Below, one piece after another: positions 19,535 to 29,297 of a stretch of 64,000 nt of DNA. Position numbers and translations under genes: made by a program. Source of the stretch: Candidatus Latescibacterota bacterium (GTDB lineage: Bacteria; Latescibacterota; CBDEFO01); the NCBI GenBank assembly GCA_965248755.1, contig OZ252149.1, positions 2,066,295 to 2,130,294 of the forward strand, given 5' to 3'. A model generated the notes under the pieces. That model saw only the letters and a program-made list of their open reading frames with translations, searched no databases and had not been told where the DNA came from. Position 1 is the stretch's first letter. Each line of letters starts with the position of its first letter.

Positions 19535-20077
19535 ATGAAGCGGATAATTTCGTATGCCGTTCCGGCACTATTGCTCGCTTTGAATCCGACTATCCATGCA
19601 CAAATCCTGCTCGGACCTACAGCCACCAGTGTCGGGAGACAACCTTCGTCAATCTTTACCACGGATTTAGATAGAGATGGAGATAACTATCTGGCTGTAG
19701 CTCTTGGAACCGCCAATGGTATATCAGTGTTGTTCAATAATGGAGATGGGACATTCCCAGACAAGTTGAACTATAGAACTGGGAACGGTCCCAGATCAGT
19801 TTTCAGCGTAGACTTAGATAGAGATGGAGATAATGACCTGACTGGAGCAATTGGGCTCAGCAAGAGTGTATCAGTGTTGCTGAATAACGGTGATGGAACA
19901 TTTGCCCCTAAGGTGGACTATAAAACTGGGGATAGTCCCGGTTCAGTATTCAGTGCAGATTTAGTTGGAGATGGGGATAAATACCTGGCTGTGGCTAATA
20001 AGGGAATCTTTGATAAGAACACCCTTAAACTCATCAGTACCGTCTCAGCGTTGTTGAACCTGTCTATTCAACCCTGA
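19535..20077 (+). CDS. FG-GAP/VCBS repeat protein; its C-terminal T9SS type A sorting domain is degraded and out of frame
   Basis: Signal peptide. Repeats DLDRDGDNYLAV...NGDGTF. After the stop, the +1 frame reads FNPETPIHYHLATRSCVDISVYNTMGQKVGTLVS, a decayed type A CTD. Confidence 0.6.
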   Translation: MKRIISYAVPALLLALNPTIHAQILLGPTATSVGRQPSSIFTTDLDRDGDNYLAVALGTANGISVLFNNGDGTFPDKLNYRTGNGPRSVFSVDLDRDGDNDLTGAIGLSKSVSVLLNNGDGTFAPKVDYKTGDSPGSVFSADLVGDGDKYLAVANKGIFDKNTLKLISTVSALLNLSIQP

Positions 20078-20309
20078 GACTCCCATCCATTACCACCTTG
20101 CCACGCGAAGCTGTGTTGATATATCTGTCTATAATACGATGGGACAGAAGGTAGGGACATTGGTGTCCTGACGGGGTAACGGGGTATTAGAGGAGGAGAC
20201 GGCTGTGAATAAGATAAAGGAGAGCAAGACGAAAGCATTTAATGTCTTATTGTGCATAGCTGTTCTAATCTTGATCGGATGTGGTGATAGTGTCAAGGGA
20301 TTAGATTCG

Positions 20310-20933
20310 CGAAGCCTATAAGGAAGCCGCCTCGCTACCTTACACAAGAAGAGATAGACGCTCTGATTTCGGAGTGTCCCCCACATCTTTATCCTATCGT
20401 GGTTATCGCTCTTTATACAGGAATGAGAAAAGGAGAGATATTCAACCTGAAGTGGGAGGATGTAGATTTCAAGCGGGGAGTAATATCGGTCAATAACCGG
20501 GAGGACTTCCACACACAAAACTTTGATAACCGGATTATGACGCCCCTTCCTGCTACGAGTGCGGGGCGAAACCGGATGCATCCGGTTGTAGGAGAAGCGC
20601 TAAGCAGACATCCACGTTACATCTCCAGCCCTTACCTGTTCTGTAACAAAAACAACGAGCCCTATAAAGATGTAAAAAGGAGCTTTGCAGGCGCTCTTAC
20701 AAGGGCAGGTATTACCAACTTCAGATTTCACGCTCTACGACATACATTCGGCTCGTGGCTTGTAATGTCTGGTGTTGATCTGGCTACAGCACAGGAACTT
20801 ATGGGGCATAAGACAATTTCGATGACATTACATTAGGCCCATCTTGCCGCAGGCCCATCTTGCCGCAGGCCCATCTTGCCCCGAGTCACCTGAAGGATGC
20901 CATAGACAAACTGAATCTGAGTGGACACTATCG
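20310..20933 (+). pseudogene. tyrosine recombinase (phage integrase) fragment: N-terminally truncated and frameshifted at the C-terminus by a 16-bp tandem repeat
   Basis: Catalytic-domain motifs: ALYTGMRKGEIFNLKWEDVD, HALRHTFGSWLVMSGVDLATAQELMGHKTISMT. The expected ending AHLAPSHLKDAIDKLN is present but displaced by (AGGCCCATCTTGCCGC)x3. Confidence 0.6.
20835..20882. repeat. 16-bp tandem repeat, about 3 copies (AGGCCCATCTTGCCGC)
   Basis: Direct tandem triplication inside the integrase 3-prime end. The third copy has a 1-nt difference. Confidence 0.8.
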
Positions 20934-20954
20934 GGACACGCAGAAGAAAAAGAA

Positions 20955-20993
20955 AAGCACTTAGCTTGGAAGTTAGTTCTTCTAAGTGCTTTA
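20955..20993 (-). terminator. rho-independent terminator downstream of tRNA-Thr (minus strand)
   Basis: Inverted repeat AAGCACTTAG...CTAAGTGCTT. It is followed on the minus strand by TTCTTTTTCTT. Confidence 0.5.
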
Positions 20994-21010
20994 TTGTGAA
21001 CGAGATATAC

Positions 21011-21086
21011 TGGAGCCGGCGAAGGGACTCGAACCCCCGACCTGCTCATTACAAGTGAGCTGCTCTACCAGCTGAGCTACACCGGC
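21011..21086 (-). tRNA. tRNA-Thr (anticodon TGT)
   Basis: The reverse complement folds as a cloverleaf: acceptor GCCGGTG/CGCCGGC, D-arm GCTC-AGCTGGTA-GAGC, anticodon loop CTTGTAA, TTCGAGT T-loop, and an encoded CCA. Confidence 0.85.
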
Positions 21087-21155
21087 GTAAGCTGGAATTA
21101 AATCTAAACCGTCAGTCTCGATATGTCAAGCAAAAAAGTAGACAGGGTACCGCGT

Positions 21156-22652
21156 TTAGCTGAAAGCTGTCCAGTTGTCTTTGTGTTTCCATGTAGTTCC
21201 TTCCGTCCTGTCTTCTAACTCTACTCCCCTTTCAGAAAGCTGATCCCTTATCTTATCGGACAGCTCCCACTCTTTCTTCTCTCTCATCTTTGACCTAACT
21301 TCCACCAGCAGATCTATTAGACGATCTATATTCTGTGAATCGTCTTTACCGGCAAATTCCAGTTTCAGGCCTAAGACGTCCGAGATCAGTTTTATCCTAT
21401 CCTGGACCCTTAAAAGTAGTGCCCCTCTGGTCTCGTTCCTCTCCATCTGGGTCACTACATTTGCGCGCTTAGAGAGGTCGAACAATACCGAAAGAGCCTG
21501 CGGAGCGTTGAAATCGTCATCCATCGCCTTCTCGAATCGCTCTTTCGCACTTTCTGTCTCCTCAAATAGTTCCCTATCCTCACTTGATAACGAAGCCTCA
21601 CAAATATCTGCCTTCCTTGATGCGCCCTGTGAGGATAGATGGATGTTTCTGGAGGCATTTATCAACCTCTCCAGTCCGCTTTGCGCACCTTTGAGCGCTT
21701 CTTCTGAGATCTCCACCGGACTTCTGTAGTGACCGCTTAATATCAGCAATCTGACAGCCTGTGGGCTATACTTTTTGAAAGCGTCCTTTATGGTCAGGAA
21801 ATTCCCAAGGGACTTGCTCATCTTCACGCCGTCCACAGTCACCATGTTATTGTGCATCCAATACCGCACAAAAGGACTCCCCGTAGATCCCTCGCTTTGC
21901 GTTATCTCACACTCGTTGTGAGGGAAGATATTTTCCATTCCCCCGCCGTGGATATCGGTCGTCTCTCCCAGGTACTTCATCGCCATAGCCGAGCATTCCA
22001 CGTGCCAGCCTGGATAGCCCCAGCCCCAAGGGCTCGGCCACTTTAATATATGACCCTCCCGAGCTTTCTTCCACAAAGCAAAGTCAACAGGGGCCTCCTT
22101 TTCGGGATTGACCTTAACTCTGGCGCCCTCTTTAAGCTCCTCTACCTTCCTACCTGAAAGCTTCCCGTACTGGGAAAAACTCGACACCCTGAAGTACACA
22201 GAACCGTTGACTTCGTAAGCGTGCCCTCTTTCAATCAGGGTCTTTATAAGCTCTATCTGCTCGCAGATGTGTCCACTTGCACGGGGAGAGATATCGGGCC
22301 TTAGGACGTTTAAGGCATCCATGTCCTCAAAATAGCTCCTCGTATAGGTCTCGGCTAGTTCCATAGGTTCGACCCTTTCGAGTGCAGCCCTTTTTATAAG
22401 CTTATCCTCACCCTCGTCCGAATCGTCTGTCAGATGCCCTACGTCTGTGATGTTCTGAACATACCTTACCTTATATCCTGAATACCTTAAATACCTTACA
22501 ATTACATCAAAGCTTATGTAGCATTTGGCGTGTCCTAAGTGAGCGTGGTCGTAGACCGTAGGACCGCACACATACATACTCACTCTGCCCGTCCTTAAAG
22601 GCTCAAACTCCTCTTTTTTCCTCGTCAGGCTGTTGTACACCATCAGAGCCAT
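21156..22652 (-). CDS. cysS: cysteine--tRNA ligase
   Basis: 498 aa. HIGH-type motif ([16 protein letters not shown]), zinc-binding Cys residues, and KMSKSLGNF. Confidence 0.95.
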   Translation of the reverse strand: MALMVYNSLTRKKEEFEPLRTGRVSMYVCGPTVYDHAHLGHAKCYISFDVIVRYLRYSGYKVRYVQNITDVGHLTDDSDEGEDKLIKRAALERVEPMELAETYTRSYFEDMDALNVLRPDISPRASGHICEQIELIKTLIERGHAYEVNGSVYFRVSSFSQYGKLSGRKVEELKEGARVKVNPEKEAPVDFALWKKAREGHILKWPSPWGWGYPGWHVECSAMAMKYLGETTDIHGGGMENIFPHNECEITQSEGSTGSPFVRYWMHNNMVTVDGVKMSKSLGNFLTIKDAFKKYSPQAVRLLILSGHYRSPVEISEEALKGAQSGLERLINASRNIHLSSQGASRKADICEASLSSEDRELFEETESAKERFEKAMDDDFNAPQALSVLFDLSKRANVVTQMERNETRGALLLRVQDRIKLISDVLGLKLEFAGKDDSQNIDRLIDLLVEVRSKMREKKEWELSDKIRDQLSERGVELEDRTEGTTWKHKDNWTAFS

Positions 22653-22683
22653 TTCAGTCTCCCGATAGACATTCTTTTACCGT

Positions 22684-23292
22684 TTACACTTGAACTTTTC
22701 TTTTGCGCCAGTAGAGGACAGACCCGACGCAGACCAAAAGTGCCATGATTATAAAAGCTGCTGTGTTATACCTTCTGAAGAGCTGGGCAGCCATCTCCCA
22801 GTTTTCTCCCGCTATCAGCCCGGCAAACACCAAAAGTCCGTTCCATATGATCATCCCTACAGAACCGTAGAGGGCTATCTTGCCTGCTGACATCTTGCTT
22901 GCCCCTGCAAGGGGGGAGATAATCGACCTGACTCCCGGAAGGAACCTGTTAATCAGTATCACTTTATATCCGTATCTGCTCAGCCACCTTTGCGCCTTCG
23001 CTGTGTTCTTGGGGGAAAAGAGCCTCTTCCTCCTCTCATCTGAGAAGAACGCATTACCCAGATAGAGTCCGACGTAATAGACGAACATAAACCCTATAAT
23101 ACTCCCGAGAAGGGCCGCGCCGATCATTGGAGTCAGCTTCAAGACCCCTATCCCGACTAAATAGGCCCCGAAAATTGTCACAAGATCGCCCGGTACGGGA
23201 GGGACAACGTTCTCCAAGAAAGAATTCAAAAATAAGAGGATGTAGATAGTCTCTGGGCCCAGGGATGATATGAAGTTTGTAACTTCCTGCAC
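22684..23292 (-). CDS. DedA/TVP38 family membrane protein
   Basis: 202 aa with multiple TM helices and a VPPVPGDLVTIFGAYLVG DedA motif. Confidence 0.8.
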   Translation of the reverse strand: MQEVTNFISSLGPETIYILLFLNSFLENVVPPVPGDLVTIFGAYLVGIGVLKLTPMIGAALLGSIIGFMFVYYVGLYLGNAFFSDERRKRLFSPKNTAKAQRWLSRYGYKVILINRFLPGVRSIISPLAGASKMSAGKIALYGSVGMIIWNGLLVFAGLIAGENWEMAAQLFRRYNTAAFIIMALLVCVGSVLYWRKRKVQV

Positions 23293-23329
23293 TTATTGCC
23301 CCCGAAATAAGTAGAAAAGGCACATGCTC

Positions 23330-23440
23330 TTCCCATGAGTTTGCTTCGGGTTTGGGACCTCGCAATAACCAAAAGCCGAAGATATGCACCGTCATTGCCA
23401 TCCCCGAATGAATCTATCGGGGATGGCAAAACAACCTCAC
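23330..23440. repeat. composite repeat copy (GAGTTTGCTTCGGGTTTGGGACCTCGCAATAAC module plus extended hairpin GCCATCCCCGAATGAATCTATCGGGGATGGC)
   Basis: Hairpin core at 23402..23422, with the stem extended to 11 bp. Intergenic. Confidence 0.65.
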
Positions 23441-23911
23441 TTAGAATGCCTTTCCCTGTACACTTTCTACTGATTTATGGCGGACAGTGCCGCCGACAAC
23501 TATTCCAGCACTGATCAAAATCAAATTTTTGATAATATACTGCCCTGCAAGGGTAAGACCGTAAGGAAAATGGGTAAAACACACGTCAGGTAACAGGACT
23601 AAAGGGAGCATTGTCCCCGGCATCTGCAAGAAAAGCAAAAAAAGAGCGGCGCGGATAAGTGGACGAAACAGCAAGCCCACGCCGATGGCTACCTCCCACC
23701 ATCCAAGGATAGGAACGAATAGATCAGGAGGTAACCAATAGACTGTCCTTTTTACCAGTTCTGCCGCGGGGCTGATCCCTAAAGGCTTTAATATTCCAAA
23801 CCAGATGAATATGATCCCCAGGGACATTCTAAGAAGAAAGTGACCGTACCTTCTCATCCATCCGGCAATGGACCGATCAATCTGGTCAAACGCTGTAAAC
23901 ATATTTGCCAC
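23441..23911 (-). CDS. DoxX-like family membrane protein
   Basis: 156 aa with 4 TM segments. The N-terminus (FLLRMSLGIIFIWFGILK) is typical of DoxX / DUF417-type proteins. Confidence 0.55.
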   Translation of the reverse strand: MANMFTAFDQIDRSIAGWMRRYGHFLLRMSLGIIFIWFGILKPLGISPAAELVKRTVYWLPPDLFVPILGWWEVAIGVGLLFRPLIRAALFLLFLQMPGTMLPLVLLPDVCFTHFPYGLTLAGQYIIKNLILISAGIVVGGTVRHKSVESVQGKAF

Positions 23912-24013
23912 TCTTGCCCGGTCCCCCCAAAGTTACCCATGTCAGACATGCCTGCCTGACATGAAACAGGAACAGAGCTGAATTTCTGTCGACCAATGAC
24001 GGGAAAAAAGAAA

Positions 24014-25185
24014 CTATACGATATTAAGAGCGGCGTTGATATCGTCCTGATAGACTGTATGCCGATCTTCTATAACATCGGTGACTAAAAGAGGTCGATT
24101 TTGAGCTGAGGATTCGATCACAGCGTAGGATAAAGCCATTGCTTCCAGCCCCGACTGTCCATCGGTTTCAAACTCCACCTCTCCATTGATAGCTCTGAGG
24201 AACTCGAGCAACTCCAAAGTGACTGGATTGGTTAATCCTCCGGGAAACTGGGATTTTTTGAGTTCTGTTGGCGCGTTTGCCTTGTAATATTCGACTAGGC
24301 CGATTCTCTTCCCGCCATCGAGGAAGAGCGTGTCCTCCTTCAGACATCCCTCTTCGCCGTAGATGGTGTAAGGGACGCTTGTAGATTCTCCCCCGTGTCC
24401 CCACAAGGTCAGGACCCACACTCCTGTCGCGCCGCATTCGAACTCCAAAAGTGAGAACGACGCATCCTCCACGCTGTTTTCAAAGGGCTCAGATTTGATA
24501 CCTAATTCGTCGCGAAGATATCGGAACGGAACGAAATGTCGCGCCATTCCGAAGACCTGTTTGACCTCTCCAATATGAAGCCTGAAAAGATCGGCGTGGT
24601 GTACACCCATGTCGAGCACCCATCCCGCTCCGGCATCCATCTTTCGATGTCTCCAGGGAGTGCCTGCGACGACGGAATCGGGAACACCCTCAATACGACC
24701 TGAATCATTATCTTCGGCTCTCCGAGCAGCCCCTGATCGACAGCGTACTTCCGAGCGCTCTGATTCAACCCGCGTCTGGTATTTTCCGCTACTCATAAGA
24801 TCTTACCTGTCCTCTTGGCCGTTTCGATCATACGGCGTCCTGCGCGGATAGTTATGGCAAAAGGCTTCTCCACCATGCAATCTATCCCGGCCTCCAGAGA
24901 GTCGATGGCGATAGTGTGGTGGCTTTTGTGATCCGTTACTATATCCACCGCGTCCACTATCCTTTCATCGAGCACCTGACGGTAGTCAGTAAAGACCTTA
25001 GGGCGATATCTGAGCCGCTCCTCTGCGGCATCTGCAGCGGTCTGGGCACGCTCCTCTACTATGTCGCATACGGCTGTCAACTCGCCGATATTAAACCCTG
25101 AATCAATGATGTCCTTGAGACATTGTGACCTTGACTGCGCCATCCCTCCGGTGCCGATGATTCCTATACGAACCTTCTGGCTCAT
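24014..25185 (-). pseudogene. Gfo/Idh/MocA family oxidoreductase disrupted by an in-frame TGA and/or a frameshift at about 24793
   Basis: N-terminal Rossmann ORF (RIGIIGTGGMAQ...MVEKPFA...AKRTGKIL*) and C-terminal ORF (TPWRHRKMDAGAGWVLDMGVHHADLF...) together are about 390 aa. After the TGA the original frame continues plausibly (VAENTRRGLNQSARKYAVDQGLLGEPKIM). Confidence 0.6.
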
Positions 25186-25409
25186 TCAGCTTTCACCTGT
25201 TTTTCAACTTCTGTTCCCGCGATGAGTTCCCTAAAATCGATGCCTAAGATACGGGCTAACTTCTTGACCACCTCCACTCTCGGAACGAAGCCGTGGTCTA
25301 TCTTGCTCAGGTAACCCTGGGCTATGCCCGCCTTTTCGGAAAGCTCTTTTTTGCCTATCCCTTTTTCTTTGATAATCTTATTAAGTCGCTCACTGAGCGA
25401 TCCCTCCAT
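25182..25409 (-). CDS. XRE-family helix-turn-helix transcriptional regulator
   Basis: 75 aa. KELSEKAGIAQGYLSKIDHG is a Cro/C1-type HTH. Confidence 0.8.
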   Translation of the reverse strand: MEGSLSERLNKIIKEKGIGKKELSEKAGIAQGYLSKIDHGFVPRVEVVKKLARILGIDFRELIAGTEVEKQVKAE

Positions 25410-25434
25410 GGCTTGTCCTCCTTGTGGGATTACT

Positions 25435-26625
25435 TCAGTTTTTCAGACTATGATGCACTGTAGATACAGCGTAAGCCCCTATGCCCTCACCTCTTCCCAA
25501 ATAGCCTAATCCCTCAGTCGTCGTTGCCTTTACAGAGATTCTGTCCTTATCTATGCTCAGGGCGTCGGCTATGTTCTTGCGCATTTGAGATATGAACTTT
25601 GAGACTTTCGGCCTCTGCGCAGCAATAGTAGAATCCACGTTCACAATGGAAAAGCCCCTATCATCCAATATCTTCCTTACGCTCTCCAGAATAATCAGAC
25701 TCGAGATCCCTTCAAATTCGGGGTCAGAATCGGGGAAATGTCTTCCGATGTCGCCTAAAGCTGCAGCGCCTAAAAGGGAATCCGCAATGGCGTGACAGAG
25801 CACGTCCGCATCCGAATGACCCAAAAGCCCCTTTTCAAAGGGAATCTGAACTCCGCCTAATATCAGCTTTCTGTCATCTTGGAGCCTGTGAACGTCGAAT
25901 CCGTGACCTATCCTCAAATTCGGAGCGCCTGTTCTATTGGCGCTCTCCATCCTGCCCAAGATCAACTCTCCGACCTCCATATCCTCAGGCGTAGTAATCT
26001 TTATGTTATCGTATGACCCCTCCACAATCCCTACGCTGTGTCCTAACCTCTCAACCAAAGCCGCCTCATCAGTCCCGTAGAATCCATCTTCAAACGCCCT
26101 TTCAAACGCCCTCTCTAATATCGTCCTCTCGAATACCTGGGGAGTCTGTGCGCACCATAGACTTTCTCTGTCCAGAGTGCGCTCCACAAATTTGTCCCTG
26201 CAGAACTTCACCGTATCCACAGCCCGTACAGCCACGATAACAGCCCCCGCATCTTTGCAAAGCTCCACAGCCTTATCTATCAAGTCCGGTTCTATAAATG
26301 GCCTCACAGCGTCGTGAACGACAACTATATCGATGTCCTTTTCTAAAACCTTCAGCCCCTCGTAGACAGAATCTTGTCTCTGTCTACCGCCAGTCACAAC
26401 CTTTGAGACTTTGCCGAATCCCGCTCCAACCTCATCCCGGCATAGTTCCACATATCCTTTTGGGGCAACTACCACCACTCTGTCTATTGACTTGCAGTCT
26501 TCAAGTTTTTTGAGCGTATGAGCCAGAATCGTCCTCCCGCACAACTTTCTGAACTGCTTTGCTCTTTTTTCTCCCATCCTAACCCCCGCCCCAGCCGCAG
26601 GAATGACAGCCCCGACCACAGACAA
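25435..26625 (-). CDS. ispDF: bifunctional 2-C-methyl-D-erythritol 4-phosphate cytidylyltransferase / 2-C-methyl-D-erythritol 2,4-cyclodiphosphate synthase (IspDF)
   Basis: N-terminal IspD ([20 protein letters not shown]). C-terminal IspF ([37 protein letters not shown]). Confidence 0.9.
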   Translation of the reverse strand: MSVVGAVIPAAGAGVRMGEKRAKQFRKLCGRTILAHTLKKLEDCKSIDRVVVVAPKGYVELCRDEVGAGFGKVSKVVTGGRQRQDSVYEGLKVLEKDIDIVVVHDAVRPFIEPDLIDKAVELCKDAGAVIVAVRAVDTVKFCRDKFVERTLDRESLWCAQTPQVFERTILERAFERAFEDGFYGTDEAALVERLGHSVGIVEGSYDNIKITTPEDMEVGELILGRMESANRTGAPNLRIGHGFDVHRLQDDRKLILGGVQIPFEKGLLGHSDADVLCHAIADSLLGAAALGDIGRHFPDSDPEFEGISSLIILESVRKILDDRGFSIVNVDSTIAAQRPKVSKFISQMRKNIADALSIDKDRISVKATTTEGLGYLGRGEGIGAYAVSTVHHSLKN

Positions 26626-27299
26626 ATTTTGGATCCTTCAAGATTATGTTTTTCGACTACAGGTGCAGTCATCAGATATGTTCAGATAGTTCGTATTTCG
26701 TCTTTGAGACGTTTCTACTCAATGGAAGAATGTTGCAACCACAGCAAATCGGTTCCACATACGATATCTTGGCTTTGACAGCTAAGATAAGAAAGAAGTT
26801 ACCGGATGTCAATAAGAGACCTTATGTAAACTCCCATATCGAAGAACACCCCATGTCAGGGCCAGTCGACACCAATTTCTGAGCACTTCGGAGAGAGCTT
26901 GTGGGAAGTGAACCATTCTTAGGGGTTGATTTGACAACTCACGGTTCTTACAGTTACTAAAGTTCACTCGATTCAGGCTTAAAGTGGCTGGAGACATGTG
27001 AGAGGGGAGACATTGTGCTCCGACTCCCTCCCTGGGGCGAGGATTCTTCTGTCCATCGTCGCACAGAGACGAGGTTCGACCAACGTTCTGATGAAGCCTG
27101 CGTGGCTCTTTTTAAGCTTTCTCTTGCAGGTTACCACGGTCTGCCCATGACTGCCGCGTGGACGACAGTTATCAAAAGCATGGATAGTATTGGGGCGTCA
27201 GAAGAGCCATATATCTGAGGGTGAATAACAGTACTGAACAGAGCAAAATGACATATCGTCTGAGTCGGATTCTCAAACATTTAAGGGACACATTGGACG

Positions 27300-27760
27300 C
27301 TACGGCTGATCTTGTTGAATTTCAGCTCCTTTCTGCTTCTCATATAACAGCAGATCGGCTATACTAGACTTTTCCAGCAACTCAAGCATCTTCTCCTCTG
27401 CCTCTAACCACACATCGCACAGGGCACAATCCCTTTCGTGAGGCCACCCCTCCCATCTCAATATGCACCGGCGAAACACAACAGGTCCATCTATCGCTTC
27501 CACCACCTGCCGCATCGTAAGCTCATCAGCATCACAAGCCAAGAAAAATCCCCCTTTGGCCCCCCTTCTGGACCTGACAAAACCTGCCTTGAATAAATCT
27601 TGCAGGATCTTGGCAAGGAAACTTTTGGGTGTATTTTCTGCTTGGCTATTCGGTTGATAAGGACTGCCTTTGGACTAGGCTGAGAAGCCAGATACATAAG
27701 TGCCCGCGTGGCATAATCTACAGCTATAGTTAACTGCATTTCCACTTCTCCTCTGTGCAA
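27300..27760 (-). pseudogene. Rrf2-family (IscR/NsrR-like) transcriptional regulator with a frameshift at an A4 run near 27615
   Basis: N-terminal ORF MQLTIAVDYATRALMYLASQP. The correct downstream frame reads ENTPKSFLAKILQDLFKAGFVRSRRGAKGGFFLACDADELTMRQVVEAIDGPVVFRRCILR..CALCD, which contains the 3-Cys cluster motif. Confidence 0.65.
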
Positions 27761-28349
27761 AATGGCTTGACTACAAGCAGTTTGTTTATTAAAATAACTA
27801 CATCTGTATCTATATTCACCACTTTGATAGATTCGTTTGGAACTAAAAATGAACCTCGCCTGCTGTTGTCACCTCCAAGGGGTTTAGCGACAGAGCACCT
27901 GAACTTAAGGGTAACGTTTCAATATAATCCAAAGATGTTGAGTTGTCAAGCACTAAAGTAAGGTAAATAATACAATTATAGTCATCTGTTTTGCGCCAAC
28001 ATGGTTGTATGCCCTCAAAAGTTGCATGGCCCTTCGTCTCATACGGCTAAATAACTGCAAAGAGACAATGTCTGCAGGCAGCTGTGATATCATCAGTTAC
28101 GATCTACAAGACGTTTGCCTATTTTATCACACTGCGTGCCTTGAAGGACAAAGGTGATGTCTTTTTGCTTGAGCTTTTTTACAGGGATCCAAACATGGGA
28201 GGTATCCGATGACATCATACGAACGGTTTATGTGCGCCCTTGAAACATGAGGGGCTTGGGTTCGGCGTGGTAGGCCAGACATTCTTGTCTGACATGGGCG
28301 AGGAGACCTCGCCCCTACACTACTTTACTTGAGGAGGAAGATTGCCGTA

Positions 28350-29297
28350 ATGTCAGAAGAACTCATATCAAAATTGGACAACTGGGAGGTGCTATTGCTT
28401 GTGGGAGGTGCCTTCAAGGCGGGCATATTTGACCTCTTGTCCGACGGTCCGATGTCCGCGCCGGAGATTGAAAGTGGTCTTAAAGGAGATCAAAGAGCTA
28501 TCACAGCTGTCGCTGACGCTCTTGTGGAGGAGGGTTATCTGGATAAACACGAGGAAAAGTATCACATAAGCGACAGAGCAAGGGATATCTTTGTAGATTC
28601 TGCAAGTCCCATCTATTCGGCCGGCAGGATTATGCTTCGGTACGAACTGGTGGAACGCTGGCTGAATATCCCTGAACTTATAAAGGGAGATAAGACCCCC
28701 CAAGGATTCAGATCCGAAGAGGAGCTCAAAATCTTCGTGGCGGCTATGGCACAAAGACCGAAAGAGTCGGTCCGGGAAGCTGTGGACATCTGCCTTGAAT
28801 ACGTCCCAAATATGAAGACCCTGTTAGATCTGGGAGGAGGTCCGGGGGCACACGCTGTAGAATTTGCCGCAAGGGGCATCAGGGTAACTGTCTTGGATAC
28901 ACCCGAAGTGATAGATATTGTCAGAGCTGTTCTCGGGATGGAGAAGAGGATAGATTTAGTTGTGGGCGATTTCTTGGAGTCGGTCCCCCAAGGACCCTTT
29001 GACCTTATCTTTATGGGCAACATAACCCATATATATGGCCCCGAGGATAACAAGGCGCTTTTCAACAAAGCGGGCCAATCTCTCGCCTCTGATGGATACG
29101 TGGCGATCCTAGACTTTGTGCGGGGTCGAAGCCCTTACGCCCCGCTATTTGCGGTCAATATGCTGGTCAACACGGAAAGTGGAGGCACGTGGACCCGAGG
29201 GGAGTATGGCGCATGGCTCAAAGAAGCGGGCTTTGAAGAGATAAAGATAGAGGATATTGAAGACAAGGACGTACAACTCATATTCGCTAAAAGGTGA
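28350..29297 (+). CDS. class I SAM-dependent O-methyltransferase (dimerisation domain plus O-MT domain)
   Basis: LLDLGGGPGAHAVEFAARGIRVTVLD SAM motif I. N-terminal winged-helix dimerisation region. Probable ATG start at 28350 with a GAGGAGGA RBS. Confidence 0.8.
   Translation: MSEELISKLDNWEVLLLVGGAFKAGIFDLLSDGPMSAPEIESGLKGDQRAITAVADALVEEGYLDKHEEKYHISDRARDIFVDSASPIYSAGRIMLRYELVERWLNIPELIKGDKTPQGFRSEEELKIFVAAMAQRPKESVREAVDICLEYVPNMKTLLDLGGGPGAHAVEFAARGIRVTVLDTPEVIDIVRAVLGMEKRIDLVVGDFLESVPQGPFDLIFMGNITHIYGPEDNKALFNKAGQSLASDGYVAILDFVRGRSPYAPLFAVNMLVNTESGGTWTRGEYGAWLKEAGFEEIKIEDIEDKDVQLIFAKR

Noticed and set aside
20129-20581. ORF 20129..20581 (-) 150 aa
   Set aside because: Overlaps the integrase fragment on the opposite strand. 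The integrase frame has clear catalytic motifs; this one has none.
4999-24796. Alternative genetic code (stop-codon reassignment) to explain the in-frame stops
   Set aside because: All three stop codons appear in-frame, once each, in different genes. More than 40 long genes (cysS, recD2, nuoL, ispDF and others) are intact and terminate normally under code 11, and frameshifts co-occur. Error or pseudogene is more parsimonious.
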